Part shown: piece by piece, positions 36,396 to 47,425 of the stretch
Layout of the letters: every line of letters begins with the position of its first letter
How positions within the stretch are numbered: the first letter of the stretch is position 1
DNA from: a virus
Lineage: Duplodnaviria; Heunggongvirae; Uroviricota; Caudoviricetes
IMG/VR virus record: IMGVR_UViG_3300028591_000140
Strand: one strand, 5' to 3'
Length of the DNA: 64,000 nucleotides
Notes under the pieces: generated by a model
The model's input: the letters and a program-made list of their open reading frames with translations, nothing else
Database searches by the model: none
Told to the model about the DNA's origin: nothing
Made by a program: the position numbers and the translations under genes

Positions 36396-36673
36396 TTAGA
36401 CAATGCCTCCGCCAAACTGCTCCACATTCTCAGATTATCAGCATTGACTTCATCATGACCGAGAATATAATAGGTGAATTCTTTTTCGGGATCGGTCATG
36501 GTATCGAATACGGCTCTTAATTGGGCACTCTCAAGCTCATTTGCTTTTGTTCTATTTAATTTGTGGCGAAGAACCGACTTAACAAAATTTTGTTTTTCGG
36601 GCTCCATGGCAAACCAGACTTCACGAAGCGGGACACCGCCACTGCCGATAAAATCAAATATGCCTTTCATCAT
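36392..36673 (-). CDS. Hypothetical small protein
   Basis: 93-aa ORF. Confidence 0.4.
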   Translation of the reverse strand: MMKGIFDFIGSGGVPLREVWFAMEPEKQNFVKSVLRHKLNRTKANELESAQLRAVFDTMTDPEKEFTYYILGHDEVNADNLRMWSSLAEALSK

Positions 36674-36942
36674 GGATAGAGGATGTTCCTCTCCTTTCCA
36701 AAGTCATGATAGAATTTTTGCTCCAGTTCATCGAGGATTCTCGCAATCAATTCGTCTCGTTTGATAGGATCTTGGCCCTCAAAAAATTCCCATTCACGGA
36801 AGTCAACAAGGTATGTAGCGTATTGCCGATCTCGATAGAGCTTGATTTTCATACTTGGGCCTGCAATAAAATATGATTCAAAGGCAACAGAGAAGCCTTT
36901 CCTGGCCAGATCATAAAACTTATCAAACATCCAGAGTCCCAC
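36670..36942 (-). CDS. Hypothetical small protein; tandem paralog of 36923..37219
   Basis: Shared F.L...GF....ES ... KL...DRY...LV pattern. Confidence 0.45.
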   Translation of the reverse strand: MGLWMFDKFYDLARKGFSVAFESYFIAGPSMKIKLYRDRQYATYLVDFREWEFFEGQDPIKRDELIARILDELEQKFYHDFGKERNILYP

Positions 36943-37219
36943 CTTTTGTTAAAATTGCAGGAATATCAGGCCCATGAACAACTTCGAGATCTCCAAAGGC
37001 GAGTTGAAAATCACGGGTCAACATAGTGAGAAGCTCCATAGTGATTAATTCATGAGTCGCCGGATCAGTTTTATTCCAATGTTCCGTTCGACTCTTTTTA
37101 ACGAGATGAACTACATATCTATCATACTTTGAGAGTTTAACTTGAATATAATCCGGGCCAAAGGATTCCAAAGAAAGTTTAAAGCCAAGATTGGTCAGTT
37201 CAAACAGTTTCTCAAGCAT
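36923..37219 (-). CDS. Hypothetical small protein; tandem paralog of 36670..36942
   Basis: See the paralog entry. Confidence 0.45.
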   Translation of the reverse strand: MLEKLFELTNLGFKLSLESFGPDYIQVKLSKYDRYVVHLVKKSRTEHWNKTDPATHELITMELLTMLTRDFQLAFGDLEVVHGPDIPAILTKGGTLDV

Positions 37220-37883
37220 TCAGATTCCACTCCTTATGCTTCGTAATAAGTGTATCCTGATACTCAGGAGGCTGTTCATTCCAGAGGACGAGGGCAACCT
37301 CAACAATACGTCCTTCCGTCACCTTACCGTCTCCCCATTTAAGGCAATTCGCTTTGATGGAGAGTGTCTTAACTAAACCCTGCTGGATTAATGCTTTGGC
37401 ATTACGAATATGCTCATTTTCTTCGAGGAACCATCCATAGAAATATAATCCGCCAGGCCGATCTTCAAGTAAACCGCATCCGAGAACACAGTCGGAATTA
37501 TGGTTCCAAGTAACAGGCACTTTTCTCCCGTCTTGATTTGAAAATGCCCCTTTGACGATATTACAGTCTTTGAAACCATACATACCGTCAATCACGGCCC
37601 AGCCCTCAAAGTCGCATTCTCTATCAGGTACAGCATCCGGCCAAGCCCACATCCAATGCATAGTGATGAGCTTTTCCTCTTTTTCGAGTCGGATCAACTT
37701 CAAAGCCATCTTATATGCCTGGAGATCTGTATCACCTGTGGTATCAAGAATATGGCCATGGTAATGAGTGCGGAGATAATATGATTTAGGCTTATGCCAG
37801 CCGGTCGTATTTCCTCTCTCAAACTTGTCACAGCCGAGTTTCTGAAGTTCGCGCTTGATCCGCTTAATGAATTTTCGTTTCAT
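37212..37883 (-). CDS. Hypothetical protein with His-rich HYHGH cluster (possible metal-dependent hydrolase)
   Basis: 223-aa ORF; only a weak motif. Confidence 0.45.
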   Translation of the reverse strand: MKRKFIKRIKRELQKLGCDKFERGNTTGWHKPKSYYLRTHYHGHILDTTGDTDLQAYKMALKLIRLEKEEKLITMHWMWAWPDAVPDRECDFEGWAVIDGMYGFKDCNIVKGAFSNQDGRKVPVTWNHNSDCVLGCGLLEDRPGGLYFYGWFLEENEHIRNAKALIQQGLVKTLSIKANCLKWGDGKVTEGRIVEVALVLWNEQPPEYQDTLITKHKEWNLNA

Positions 37884-37895
37884 TTCTTGTCCTTT

Positions 37896-38225
37896 CTATG
37901 CCGGTGTGAATCCATGATTGAGAAACCATTCTCGATTGACATTATGCGGAATGGAATCTAAGAGTCTTACCAGATTCGCATATGCCTTATAAGCTGAAAC
38001 TCTATAAGAGCATCTCTTAAATATCTCTACGCCAGTGTCATCTGCTCCCCAAGCATTGAGGAGGACATAGTAGCCGTTAAAATAATTAAGGGAGACTCTG
38101 CAATGTACAAAGCCTCCCTCAAAGCACGGATGCCAGTCGTCCGTAACATGGATCATACGCTCTTTGGTTTTGATGTTGAGCTTATTCTTCATGCGGAACC
38201 TCCGAACAAAGTTATAAAAGCCCAA
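37896..38225 (-). CDS. Hypothetical protein
   Basis: 109-aa ORF. Confidence 0.4.
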   Translation of the reverse strand: MGFYNFVRRFRMKNKLNIKTKERMIHVTDDWHPCFEGGFVHCRVSLNYFNGYYVLLNAWGADDTGVEIFKRCSYRVSAYKAYANLVRLLDSIPHNVNREWFLNHGFTPA

Positions 38226-38837
38226 GGAATAACAAAGTCAATGAACACGACAAATATCACGGCTACGAGTATGAGTATATTCGCGGCAATGAAAGAATCT
38301 AAAAAGCTGCTACCGGGATTGTTCATAAAAGCTGCAATGACTAAGCTTACAAATATCCACAGGACAATTCCAGCAAGTATTTTAGACATCATTCCTCATT
38401 ATTCTCCATTTCCTCGAGCCAGTCTCTAAAATCATCAAAGCACTCCGGACAAAGATCCATTCTTTTACTTGAAGTACCGAGATAGACAATTGTCTGGATT
38501 AGGTAACGGCGTTCATTAAGCTTTTTCTTGCATCTAACGCACTTAATTTCCATAAATATCACTCTCCCTTCTCTGCCAATGACTCTCCATCCTTTTTCGA
38601 TGGTTCAAAATCTTCGCAAAGGTAAGCAAGGATTTCCCTATCAACCCCACGAAAAGCACAATACTTATATCCACAGTTTTTGCAGTTCATTACTGTATAT
38701 TGATCTTCAGTGAGTTGAACCATATTCATTTCAAAATCCTTCCATCTTTTGTGCATTTACGCCACTGGATTCCGTCAAAGCACCTCCAGCCGAATGACTC
38801 TCCGGCTGCCACAGGGTACGGCCTGAATGGAATTACT

Positions 38838-39584
38838 TCAGAGAGTTTCTTGAGCATTATTATCCTCCAAAGTAATAATCTCAGAATACGGCAGGCTACG
38901 GATCCAATCACAGAGGCCATGCCATTCGTCAAGTTTATGGTTGTGGCGCTCACGGTAGATCTTACTGAGTGCTTCGTAGGAGAACATGTACGTCCTCCGC
39001 TGATTGTAAGAAGAGGGGAGAAGCTGGATCATCTGCCACCAGTATGTTTTATCCTTAGTCTCGAGGAATTTGGCACGGTACTTGTTCAGCGCTTTACAGA
39101 TAATATCTAACTGGCCATCAGGTGTATAGAAGCAGGTACTTCCATCAACGTCGATAGAGCAAAGCCCAACATCAAGGCCAAGATCGTCAATCGTGAGAAG
39201 GTGCTCATGACTGAAATCATCAGGCGTGAATTCCTTCGAGTGGATCTTATGCATCGTGCTACAGGAGTTCTTCTCAACGCCCATGCGGTAGGTGTCAAGC
39301 TCCTTAAGCATGTATAGCGGAGCAATGATGTCCACATAGCAAATAATCATTCTTCTAAACTTGGCATCAGTAGAACCGGCTTTGCACAACCGCATCATGA
39401 GGTCATGGTCATTAGGGCCGACTCTGAATCCAGAAGCGATCGTTACCGGTGTATCATCCTCGTCAAATGTGTTCTCAGTAGGATGCCAGGCACTATCCGA
39501 TTTGGCCCAGCTATTCATAGGATTTCTCATGCCCCTAATAGCAGCTTCCCATCCAACGACTTCCGTATTTTCAATTTTCAGCAT
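38838..39584 (-). CDS. Possible divergent ThyX-like (flavin-dependent thymidylate synthase family) protein
   Basis: Size and a degenerate R-x ... S-x-x-H segment (YRMGVEKNSCSTMHKI) loosely resemble the ThyX RHR/S motif region. Neighbourhood includes SHMT and dCTP deaminase. Weak call. Confidence 0.3.
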   Translation of the reverse strand: MLKIENTEVVGWEAAIRGMRNPMNSWAKSDSAWHPTENTFDEDDTPVTIASGFRVGPNDHDLMMRLCKAGSTDAKFRRMIICYVDIIAPLYMLKELDTYRMGVEKNSCSTMHKIHSKEFTPDDFSHEHLLTIDDLGLDVGLCSIDVDGSTCFYTPDGQLDIICKALNKYRAKFLETKDKTYWWQMIQLLPSSYNQRRTYMFSYEALSKIYRERHNHKLDEWHGLCDWIRSLPYSEIITLEDNNAQETL

Positions 39585-40161
39585 TCAAATATCATCCTTT
39601 CATTCAGGGAGACCTAAGTATTGCTTTCCTGTCCATTTATACATGGCTCCGCAGTTAAAGCATTCAGTTGTAACAATAGTCTGTGCCGTAATAATCAATT
39701 CAGATGGAATATAAGCACTCCATCCGCAATACGGGCATCTTGGAGTCATAGGTTATCCTTTCTCCCAGTATCGGTCTTCACCATTTACTTCATGTTTCTC
39801 AAAACGCTCAGGGTAATTCCAGGGATCGCCGCAGAACCTGTTCTTAGCAAATTCAGCATTTTCTGTATGGCTGCATTCGCCTTGGCCTCGGAGAGCACAA
39901 TAAGCATATACTTTTTTCTCGCACTGCTTACCGTTACACAAATATGCGATTCTCATTTCAGTTCTCTTCCCATGAAGTTGATGCCAAGATTCATCCACTC
40001 TTGGGCACAGGCAGGGCAAAGAGTCACATACTTACCCTGGACAGTTGCATGTGTCTGCCAATCTGGGTCATCTTCGAAGTTGGCAACTTGAGTAAATCCG
40101 CCATCTAACCCCGTATCACCAAGATACTTGAGAAATCGAGTTTTCTGGCAGCGATCACAGG

Positions 40162-40698
40162 TTAGGAGTTTTCCTTTGGCTTCTGCCATAAATTCAACAC
40201 CTTCTCTCTTTGTTGACGAATATGATCTTTTACTCGACATTCAAACCAACTATCATACGCTGCATAACAAATTGCGACATCCTTTTCATCAAAATAATGA
40301 ATGCCATTGGAGCACCTTAGAACAGGGCTCATATCAAAAGCATCGGCCGTAACATGACGCCCTTTGTGATACACAGTCTCAAGATCAAAAGCCGCTACTG
40401 CTAAAGGAGTATTTTGAGCTTCCCGAAGAGCATATGGATCATCAGCCAACAGATCTTGATCCAATAACCAAATATCATTAACGTCTACTGCCGAAGCTCG
40501 TCCTAACTTACGAAGAGAATAGCGTCCGTACTTTGTTTGGCATAGACACTTAAACTCGATTCTTGCTGCGTAGGCCGGAAGCTTAAGTTCAATCAGAGCT
40601 GGTTTAGACTCTGGGGTTATAGCAACTTTATAAACGATCTTGTCTGTGGTTGCAGTAAATTCATTCATCGGCTTCATCCATATAGGTGGCCATCTCAT
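40162..40698 (-). CDS. Hypothetical protein
   Basis: 178-aa ORF. Confidence 0.45.
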   Translation of the reverse strand: MRWPPIWMKPMNEFTATTDKIVYKVAITPESKPALIELKLPAYAARIEFKCLCQTKYGRYSLRKLGRASAVDVNDIWLLDQDLLADDPYALREAQNTPLAVAAFDLETVYHKGRHVTADAFDMSPVLRCSNGIHYFDEKDVAICYAAYDSWFECRVKDHIRQQREKVLNLWQKPKENS

Positions 40699-41425
40699 CC
40701 GCTATATGCAGGAAGAAAGCCAGAGAGTTGGCTCCATAGACTTTGCCGACACTCTGAACATCATCATGCTTCCAGGAGCTCATATGGTAACGAATGGCCT
40801 GTGCTTCTTCGTCCGTCAACTTCATGAATTTGTTAATGAGATAGACGCTCTTCTCACCATGTCCAAAGATGAAGTCTTCTTTAATCTCATAGCTCTGGAC
40901 GGTCTCCCAAATGTAATCGCCCATACTGTCATGTTTGATCAGATTCTTATCGGCAGCTTCGACCTTTGCCTTGTCATAGGTCTTCTGATTTCGCTGAGTC
41001 GGCTTATACATGTTTACCTTGCAAATATCATGCAGGAGAGACACGATAGCGATAGACTCATGCGGCAACAAAGTAGATTCATCGCAGTCAGGGTTTGCAT
41101 CAAGAACCTCGTCACTCAGAATATCACCAGTGAATGTGCCAGTCAGAGCACACAGCCGGTAATAGACATTTAGGCTGTGCTGAAGAAGACCTCCAGGAAC
41201 TGCCAAATGATACCGAGAACTGGCCGGGGCAGTAAAGAAGTCATTTTCCTCCAACCATTTCAGAAGCTCATCGGCACCAAGGCGTTTAATTTGAATCTTG
41301 AATATTTCGCCGAATGATTTCTTAAGAAGCTCAACATCAAGCATTAGTTTCCTCTCCTTCCAGCTCAACAGTGAGTTTATACTCAGTGTTGTCATAGTAG
41401 ATGAACCAGTCACCCAGAATATCAA
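40661..41425 (-). CDS. HD-domain phosphohydrolase
   Basis: H ... HD motifs (YHLAVPGGLLQHSLN; SLLHDICK). Confidence 0.6.
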   Translation of the reverse strand: MIFWVTGSSTMTTLSINSLLSWKERKLMLDVELLKKSFGEIFKIQIKRLGADELLKWLEENDFFTAPASSRYHLAVPGGLLQHSLNVYYRLCALTGTFTGDILSDEVLDANPDCDESTLLPHESIAIVSLLHDICKVNMYKPTQRNQKTYDKAKVEAADKNLIKHDSMGDYIWETVQSYEIKEDFIFGHGEKSVYLINKFMKLTDEEAQAIRYHMSSWKHDDVQSVGKVYGANSLAFFLHIADEMATYMDEADE

Positions 41426-41825
41426 TCATGGGCATGCCGCGGCCGATCATGGTATGTGCCTCATCAGAATCCAGAAGCTCACAAATGAGGCAACATTGAT
41501 CCTGCATCTCCGGATCACGAAGAATCACGATTTCAATTCTCCGGCCATCTGTGAAATCCGTGGTGGCGAAGACTTCACGTCGAATATCTGCTGCCATGTC
41601 TGCCTGTCTCTCTTTCACCAGATCTACCAGATTCTGAGAAACCTTGAGGTGCTCATAGAATCCCTGAGTGATCTCCATGCAGTAGTCCAAGCGGCCACGG
41701 ACATTAAAGGCGTCACCGAATTTGGACTCCTCCCATGCTTTGTCGCAGGCAGTCTTGGAGTCCTCTGCCTCAATTGCTCTCTCGAATTCACCCTGCACGG
41801 TCATTCCGATGATAAATTTGCTCAT
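41337..41825 (-). CDS. Hypothetical protein
   Basis: 162-aa ORF. Confidence 0.45.
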   Translation of the reverse strand: MSKFIIGMTVQGEFERAIEAEDSKTACDKAWEESKFGDAFNVRGRLDYCMEITQGFYEHLKVSQNLVDLVKERQADMAADIRREVFATTDFTDGRRIEIVILRDPEMQDQCCLICELLDSDEAHTMIGRGMPMIDILGDWFIYYDNTEYKLTVELEGEETNA

Positions 41826-42046
41826 TTAAGTAATTTTCCTTTCTTATATTTTAGATTAGGAATCGTATCCTCATGAATCCAATGCTCTTGGCCAATCTTT
41901 AACGTGGTAATTTTGCCACGAGAAATATACTGTCGCACAGCAGGAATAGTTACTCCGAGCTTTTTAGCATACTCAGCGATTGTTAAGTAACTTACCGGTC
42001 GTCCATCTTGGATTTCTACATATACATGAATCATTCCGATATACAC
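41822..42046 (-). CDS. Small HTH DNA-binding protein (excisionase/MerR-like)
   Basis: LTIAEYAKKLGVTIPAVRQYISRGKI. Confidence 0.45.
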   Translation of the reverse strand: MYIGMIHVYVEIQDGRPVSYLTIAEYAKKLGVTIPAVRQYISRGKITTLKIGQEHWIHEDTIPNLKYKKGKLLK

Positions 42047-42590
42047 TCTACTTTCTCATACTCACCCTGAATAGCCATTCCGATTTAATTTGCTAAGGTT
42101 TCGTTTGTCGTTCTTTTAATCTCGACATCGGTTAATGTTTCAAGCTCGTCAAGACGCTCATTAAGAAATGTCCTGTACTCGTCGGAATTGATAACCTTCA
42201 TTCTTTCTGCCTCAGAGAAAAGGAACAGGAGATAAAGGGCAGTGTTATCCATTATTTACCTCCTCTGCTTCCTTGAAGACTGCTGCACCGGCCTTGCCAC
42301 GCTCCTTCTTCGGAGTGCCGTCCTTCGCATGGCGTTTACGGTTTTTCTTGGTCACCTTTGTTCCGGCATCCACAAAAGTAACCACACCATCATCTGCCAC
42401 AATTCGTCTCATTCCAGTGAAATTGCTCATTTGCCAACCGCTCCTTTCATTTACTTAAATATCGGTTTCGTAGGCCGCAAGTTCTCTTCTGGCTTCTTCC
42501 ATCGTGTCAGCCGAAAAGAGAAAAGTGCCATGCAAATATACTTCAACATGGCCTCGGACATTTCTGAAGTCGTACATTAGTCGTGCCTCC

Positions 42591-43013
42591 CTATAGTTTT
42601 AAGCAGAATTCATCACACATGGTTTCCCACTCAACATCTTCGATCAGGCCACAATCGTACTGTTCTTCTAAGTTGTGATAGCATTGCCAGAAATAATGAT
42701 CAGTGTGCCAATCATAGAAAATATCCTCGAAAGTCACCTCGATATTCTCCGGAAAAGAGCCCATAGCATCGCACCATCTTCCGAACTCATACCATTCACA
42801 GGCATAGGTTCCACGCTGGAGCATCTCAAATATCACCAAACGTGCATACGCCCAGAAATGCTCGATCGGAAAGTCCATGATTCGATTAACTAATGCTTCT
42901 CTCGGAGTCCCATTTACTGCAATTCTTCTGGCGATCTCGCAGCAGTCTCTCCACTGTCTGGACAGGATTTTGTCCGGCAACACATGGATCATTTCTTTAT
43001 GCCAGATTCTCAA
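42591..43013 (-). CDS. Hypothetical protein
   Basis: 140-aa ORF. Confidence 0.45.
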   Translation of the reverse strand: MRIWHKEMIHVLPDKILSRQWRDCCEIARRIAVNGTPREALVNRIMDFPIEHFWAYARLVIFEMLQRGTYACEWYEFGRWCDAMGSFPENIEVTFEDIFYDWHTDHYFWQCYHNLEEQYDCGLIEDVEWETMCDEFCLKL

Positions 43014-44099
43014 ATATCATCCGCTCCTTTCAGTTCGCATGTCGAACTCACTAATAAATAGAGAGAAGACCCAGAATTACTCCAGATCTCCTCTCTACTT
43101 ATACGGATGTAATTTTAGCGGACTTTTCCGACAAAGATCCACGAGGGATTTTTCGCCTTTGGATTTAGATTTGAATCGGTCAGAAGCTCTTGCTTGGATA
43201 ACGGCCGTTCTTTGGTGTAGACTGAATGGTTTTCGTACTTAGCCTCGACCAAATCGTCCTTCACACGCTGAACAATCAAGTAATCGGGCATGCTGTGATG
43301 ATTTCGTACAGAGAAATTATTTCTGTAGAATCGGTCACCTTTGTAAATATCAGCCATTAGCCTTTCTCCTTGAAATGAATGGGCTTGGCGGTTCCTTCAT
43401 TCATGCCATACTCCAAACATTCACAGCAAGGATCTTTCCAATCCTCTTTCTTTTCGTGCTCGCAAAGAGGGCAATACTTCTTAAAATCTACCTCTTTATA
43501 GTTTTCATTCATGGGTCTAATCTCCTTTTTTCAGGACCCAGCCTGATTTGGTGCAAGAATAGTTGAGGGTTGCTCCGGTCTTAAGAAAAATGTCAATTGA
43601 GCCATCTTTCTTTGAGGTGAATTTAATTACGTCCGGAACAAACCAGGGAAACTCTTCGCTGAAACGATTATAGAGTCTCTTAGGTGTCATGCTTATCCTC
43701 CTCTTCCATCGGGCCGTAATAAGGACCTGAGAAAGCATCCACCTTTTTCTCTATGCGTTCGAGATCCTTTCTTAAAATGACAAAATGGTCATGCTGAGAA
43801 CCAGAAGCATGCAATTTGAGAAACGTAAGCATCTCATGACAATCCATAAGCCTCTGATAAATGTCAGAAAGCAACTTCATTAATGAATTCACTGGTCGAT
43901 CCACTATTCTGCCTCCTTTGCCTCAATCTCATTCGGATAAGGCTTGCCATCCAGCATTGACCGAATATAATTTGCCGGAACACCAGCCTCCAGTGCATTC
44001 TTGACATACTTCATCTCTGAGGTGGCGTCCGAAGCAGCTTTCATCATATTATAGAAATCGCTGAATTTGACCTCTACTCGATCCTCAGCGCCAAATGCA

Positions 44100-44585
44100 T
44101 CAGCAAGTCCCATTGTCGGATTCCTCCTTGTTGTCTGATTTTTCTTGGACGACATGAATATGCTCCTCCTCGCATAAGACCTGATAGCCAATAGCATTGC
44201 CTGTTGGATCGAAATAGAATCTATGCGGATTCTTGAAGATTTGCAGATACTTCTCAGCCAGTTCGTCGCTCAGAGAAATGCAATCCTCTTCTCCAAGACC
44301 ACAGATAAAGAAAGTACCGGCGATAATATCCCAAACATGGCCATTCTCATCTGTCATAGCTCGATTCAAGGGCAATTGGTTAATCTTGCCCTCTTCATTG
44401 CAGACGATGGCCACAGGATCATCATAGGGATAGACCATCTGGATATAACCACCGACTACATGTTGATAGCTTTCCAGACTGCTTTCAATTTCGTCGATCT
44501 TTGCAAACTTGCCGGGTTCAACAATAATGACTTTCATCTTTCTCCTTTCTGAAAATCCTTCCATGACATAGAGGACTGAACACAA
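44100..44585 (-). CDS. Hypothetical protein
   Basis: 161-aa ORF. Confidence 0.4.
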   Translation of the reverse strand: MCSVLYVMEGFSERRKMKVIIVEPGKFAKIDEIESSLESYQHVVGGYIQMVYPYDDPVAIVCNEEGKINQLPLNRAMTDENGHVWDIIAGTFFICGLGEEDCISLSDELAEKYLQIFKNPHRFYFDPTGNAIGYQVLCEEEHIHVVQEKSDNKEESDNGTC

Positions 44586-45088
44586 CGGTTATTCTGGTAT
44601 TTGCCATTGTATCCCTGGCTACGATCATAGACCTCGTCCGTAGCCCTCTCGATTGGCTGAAAATATACCTGGCCTATTTCCATACCCGGATATACAATTG
44701 TAGGATGTACAACGGTGATCTCCATTGTCCAGCATCCGCAGAATCCATCGTCGCCATATCCTGCTGTGATATGGATGGCAATGCCGAGACGCCCAGTGGA
44801 AGATCGACCGTCAATACCCGGGAAGAAATCATAGGTACCGCTGACTTCATCCGTTCGGCCCAAATATAAGATACCGGGCTGGAGTGTCATACCTTTTTCT
44901 GGGATTTTCAGAGCAATCGTCGGATTGTCTTTTTTCGGGTCGAGGGGAAAATATGCCGGATCATAGATCAGGAGTTCATCTGCCAGCTTGATGTTATAGG
45001 AATTGGGATTGAGCTGATCTTCGTTGAAAGGTTCAAATATAATGTTGCCCTTCTTCATTTCTTCTTTGATACGTGCTTTTGACAGCAT
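44534..45088 (-). CDS. dcd: dCTP deaminase (dUTPase superfamily)
   Basis: GRSSTGRLGIAIH and GYGDDGFCGCWTMEI blocks typical of Dcd. Confidence 0.7.
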   Translation of the reverse strand: MLSKARIKEEMKKGNIIFEPFNEDQLNPNSYNIKLADELLIYDPAYFPLDPKKDNPTIALKIPEKGMTLQPGILYLGRTDEVSGTYDFFPGIDGRSSTGRLGIAIHITAGYGDDGFCGCWTMEITVVHPTIVYPGMEIGQVYFQPIERATDEVYDRSQGYNGKYQNNRCVQSSMSWKDFQKGER

Positions 45089-45091
45089 AGA

Positions 45092-45523
45092 TTAGGTTCC
45101 TTTCTTTTCAGGAATAGGTTGAGACATATGGATCAAGCACCCTTCACAGCTATAGTGACGTTCTGTAGCAGTGAAGAACTTGGATTTTGATTTAACTACT
45201 TTAGATCTGACTTGTCCGCCACAAATAGGACATTTAAAGCTTGCTCGGTTAATGTCCTTGTCAATTTCCCGTTGAAAACTGATCACACCGGCAGAGAGTT
45301 TCGTATAGGGTGCAAAGCCAATAAGCTTAAAGAAGTTCTCCAGTTCTTTGATACCTGAGGACTGATGAATCGCATAGCCTTCCGGAGTGAGTTCCAAATT
45401 TGCGATCAATAGTCTTCTATATTCCAGAACACCATTTAAGATCACGGCTGCCACCAGATTATTTAGTGCCTCTTCGGCAGTTACTGCTCGTGATGAATCT
45501 GTATACTCAAGCTCCTTTGACAT
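45092..45523 (-). CDS. Hypothetical zinc-finger protein
   Basis: CPICGG ... CEGC. Confidence 0.4.
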   Translation of the reverse strand: MSKELEYTDSSRAVTAEEALNNLVAAVILNGVLEYRRLLIANLELTPEGYAIHQSSGIKELENFFKLIGFAPYTKLSAGVISFQREIDKDINRASFKCPICGGQVRSKVVKSKSKFFTATERHYSCEGCLIHMSQPIPEKKGT

Positions 45524-45769
45524 CTTCGGGTTCCTCCAGTTCTCTCAGTTCATCGAGTTTTGCATAGTAAGCCTTATGACGTTCGTAGACATTCTTATCA
45601 TTTACCGCCGGGACATAGACACGTTCTCCACAAATGCGGCAGAGAGCTCTTGTCTCTAAGAACTTGAAGGAGACCTCTTGTACAGAAGTCTCCTCCATAG
45701 ATGACTCAAGCTTGTAAGGAACTTTGACGCCGCATTTGGTGCAATAGACCTCGGGCCGCAAAGTCATGG

Positions 45770-46102
45770 TTACCAGTCCTCCAGAACAACATTCGATGAA
45801 TGAACCAAATAGTTGATGCCGTCAATTTTGACCTGAATCTGGTCGCCGTCCTCATAATCTTTCCAGGACTGCACATCGCCCTCGACAATATCACCATTCG
45901 GGAGCTGGATGATGGCATAGTCATAGGAGTAGTTGTCAAAGACCTGACGATTACAGCCGGTCAGAGAGATCACAAAGACTCCCAGAGCCAGTGCCAGGAT
46001 GACAAAGCTGATGATTCGGACAATGTCGTGCTTCATTTTTGCGTTCATTTTGAATTTCCTCCTAAGCATGATATGATTTGAATGCATTAATGACTTCTTC
46101 AT
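45770..46102 (-). CDS. Putative lipoprotein
   Basis: Signal-peptide-like N-terminus with LTGC lipobox. Confidence 0.45.
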   Translation of the reverse strand: MKKSLMHSNHIMLRRKFKMNAKMKHDIVRIISFVILALALGVFVISLTGCNRQVFDNYSYDYAIIQLPNGDIVEGDVQSWKDYEDGDQIQVKIDGINYLVHSSNVVLEDW

Positions 46103-46700
46103 AGAGTTCTTCTATACGCTTGGTGTTTTCAAGTTTTACTTGGAGCAGGTTTGCATCTGGTTTGGCTTTGTGAGTAAATCGCGTGTCACAGTAAGGGCAA
46201 ACAGAATCGAAAACAGGAGCCCCACAGTTTGGACAATTTTGTGGAAGCTCCTCATTTTCAATAGATTCAATTGGGTCAACTGGCTTTAGACCGATTTTTT
46301 GACGATACTCATTCGGAGTCATGACTCCTTGCTCAATTAGAGATTTCAAAGTATCGAGCTGATCCCGTTCCATCTTTTCAAATACGTCCGAAACAGTTTC
46401 AGACTCAGAAAGTTCCCAATAATTTTGGACACGTATGTAGTGGTCATTTCCTATAACTGCTCGATCACCTTCTTTAATAGTTTCTTCAGGAATATCACGA
46501 AGATGCTCGGCGTGGTACTCAGTAAGCTCGTCCTTAGTCTTTTGAATCTGCTCGGAGCATTCCTCAATTCTTCTCAGATAATTCCGTTGCAGTCTTTTGG
46601 CATTCAAATGAGCAAGATACATGAGCCAAACAAAAATGCAGCAAAGAATCGTAGGTATAATAACCGATTCTTGCAGGACAAAATCGAGAAAATCTCTCAT
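46062..46700 (-). CDS. N-terminal-TM protein with C-terminal double zinc ribbon (CPNCGAPVFDSVCPYCDTRF)
   Basis: Ribbon motif shared with 16655..17167. Confidence 0.5.
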   Translation of the reverse strand: MRDFLDFVLQESVIIPTILCCIFVWLMYLAHLNAKRLQRNYLRRIEECSEQIQKTKDELTEYHAEHLRDIPEETIKEGDRAVIGNDHYIRVQNYWELSESETVSDVFEKMERDQLDTLKSLIEQGVMTPNEYRQKIGLKPVDPIESIENEELPQNCPNCGAPVFDSVCPYCDTRFTHKAKPDANLLQVKLENTKRIEELYEEVINAFKSYHA

Positions 46701-47425
46701 CGCCTCATTCCTTCATAGATCTCTTGCGTGATCAGAGCATCATAAAGGGAATTATGCTTCTCGCCGGTAGGGAGTTTGCCTTTGAGATTTATGACGAGTT
46801 TTTCCCGGTCCAAGTCAAAGGCATCGAACATGCACTCGGTATCAGGGTACCAGTAGACTTTATCGTTATGGAGCATATTCGGGTACTTGCCGTCATAATC
46901 AACCCGAGGGCATATATCCTGACAAATATCATATGCACATGGGTTGACGCAGGACGGAAGTTTCCTCGATCCACCGAAGAGATTGGCCAGCAGGACCATA
47001 TCGTAATGGCAGACATCACCGACAAGCTGAATTCGTTTGTCTTCAGAAATATCTGCCTGATCTTCGAGCCACTCTTCGAGAATACCCCGAATGTAAGCAG
47101 AATCTCCAACTACATAAGTCTCGCTATCAATGACAGAGACTCGGTTGGAGATCCTTCCTCTCATATGATCTTGTCGGAGATTGGCGATGACATTTTCAAA
47201 GGTCCAGTCATCACAGAGCAATTCATTGAAATCAGTGAACTCGGCATAGAACCGTTCGTCCTTCTCAGTGACCATGCCAATGCTGATGAGTGTCGTGCCG
47301 GGAACCAGCCCAGTGAATTCAGTGTCAAAATATACGTTCATGCGATAGACTCCTTTTCTTTCTTCATTTTGTGCAGTTCTTCGATAAAATCCTGAGATCT
47401 CCAGCCGAACCGGTTCAGTTCGCAA
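46697..47425 (-). CDS. DEDDh 3'-5' exonuclease (DnaQ/RNase T-like)
   Basis: Exo I FDTEFTG, Exo III HNSLYDALIT. Confidence 0.65.
   Translation of the reverse strand: MRTEPVRLEISGFYRRTAQNEERKGVYRMNVYFDTEFTGLVPGTTLISIGMVTEKDERFYAEFTDFNELLCDDWTFENVIANLRQDHMRGRISNRVSVIDSETYVVGDSAYIRGILEEWLEDQADISEDKRIQLVGDVCHYDMVLLANLFGGSRKLPSCVNPCAYDICQDICPRVDYDGKYPNMLHNDKVYWYPDTECMFDAFDLDREKLVINLKGKLPTGEKHNSLYDALITQEIYEGMRR

Noticed and set aside
38838-39584. Confident ThyX annotation
   Set aside because: The canonical RHRxxSxxxxSxR motif is not intact (only a degenerate R-M ... S-C-S-T-M-H segment). Kept as a low-confidence ThyX-like call.
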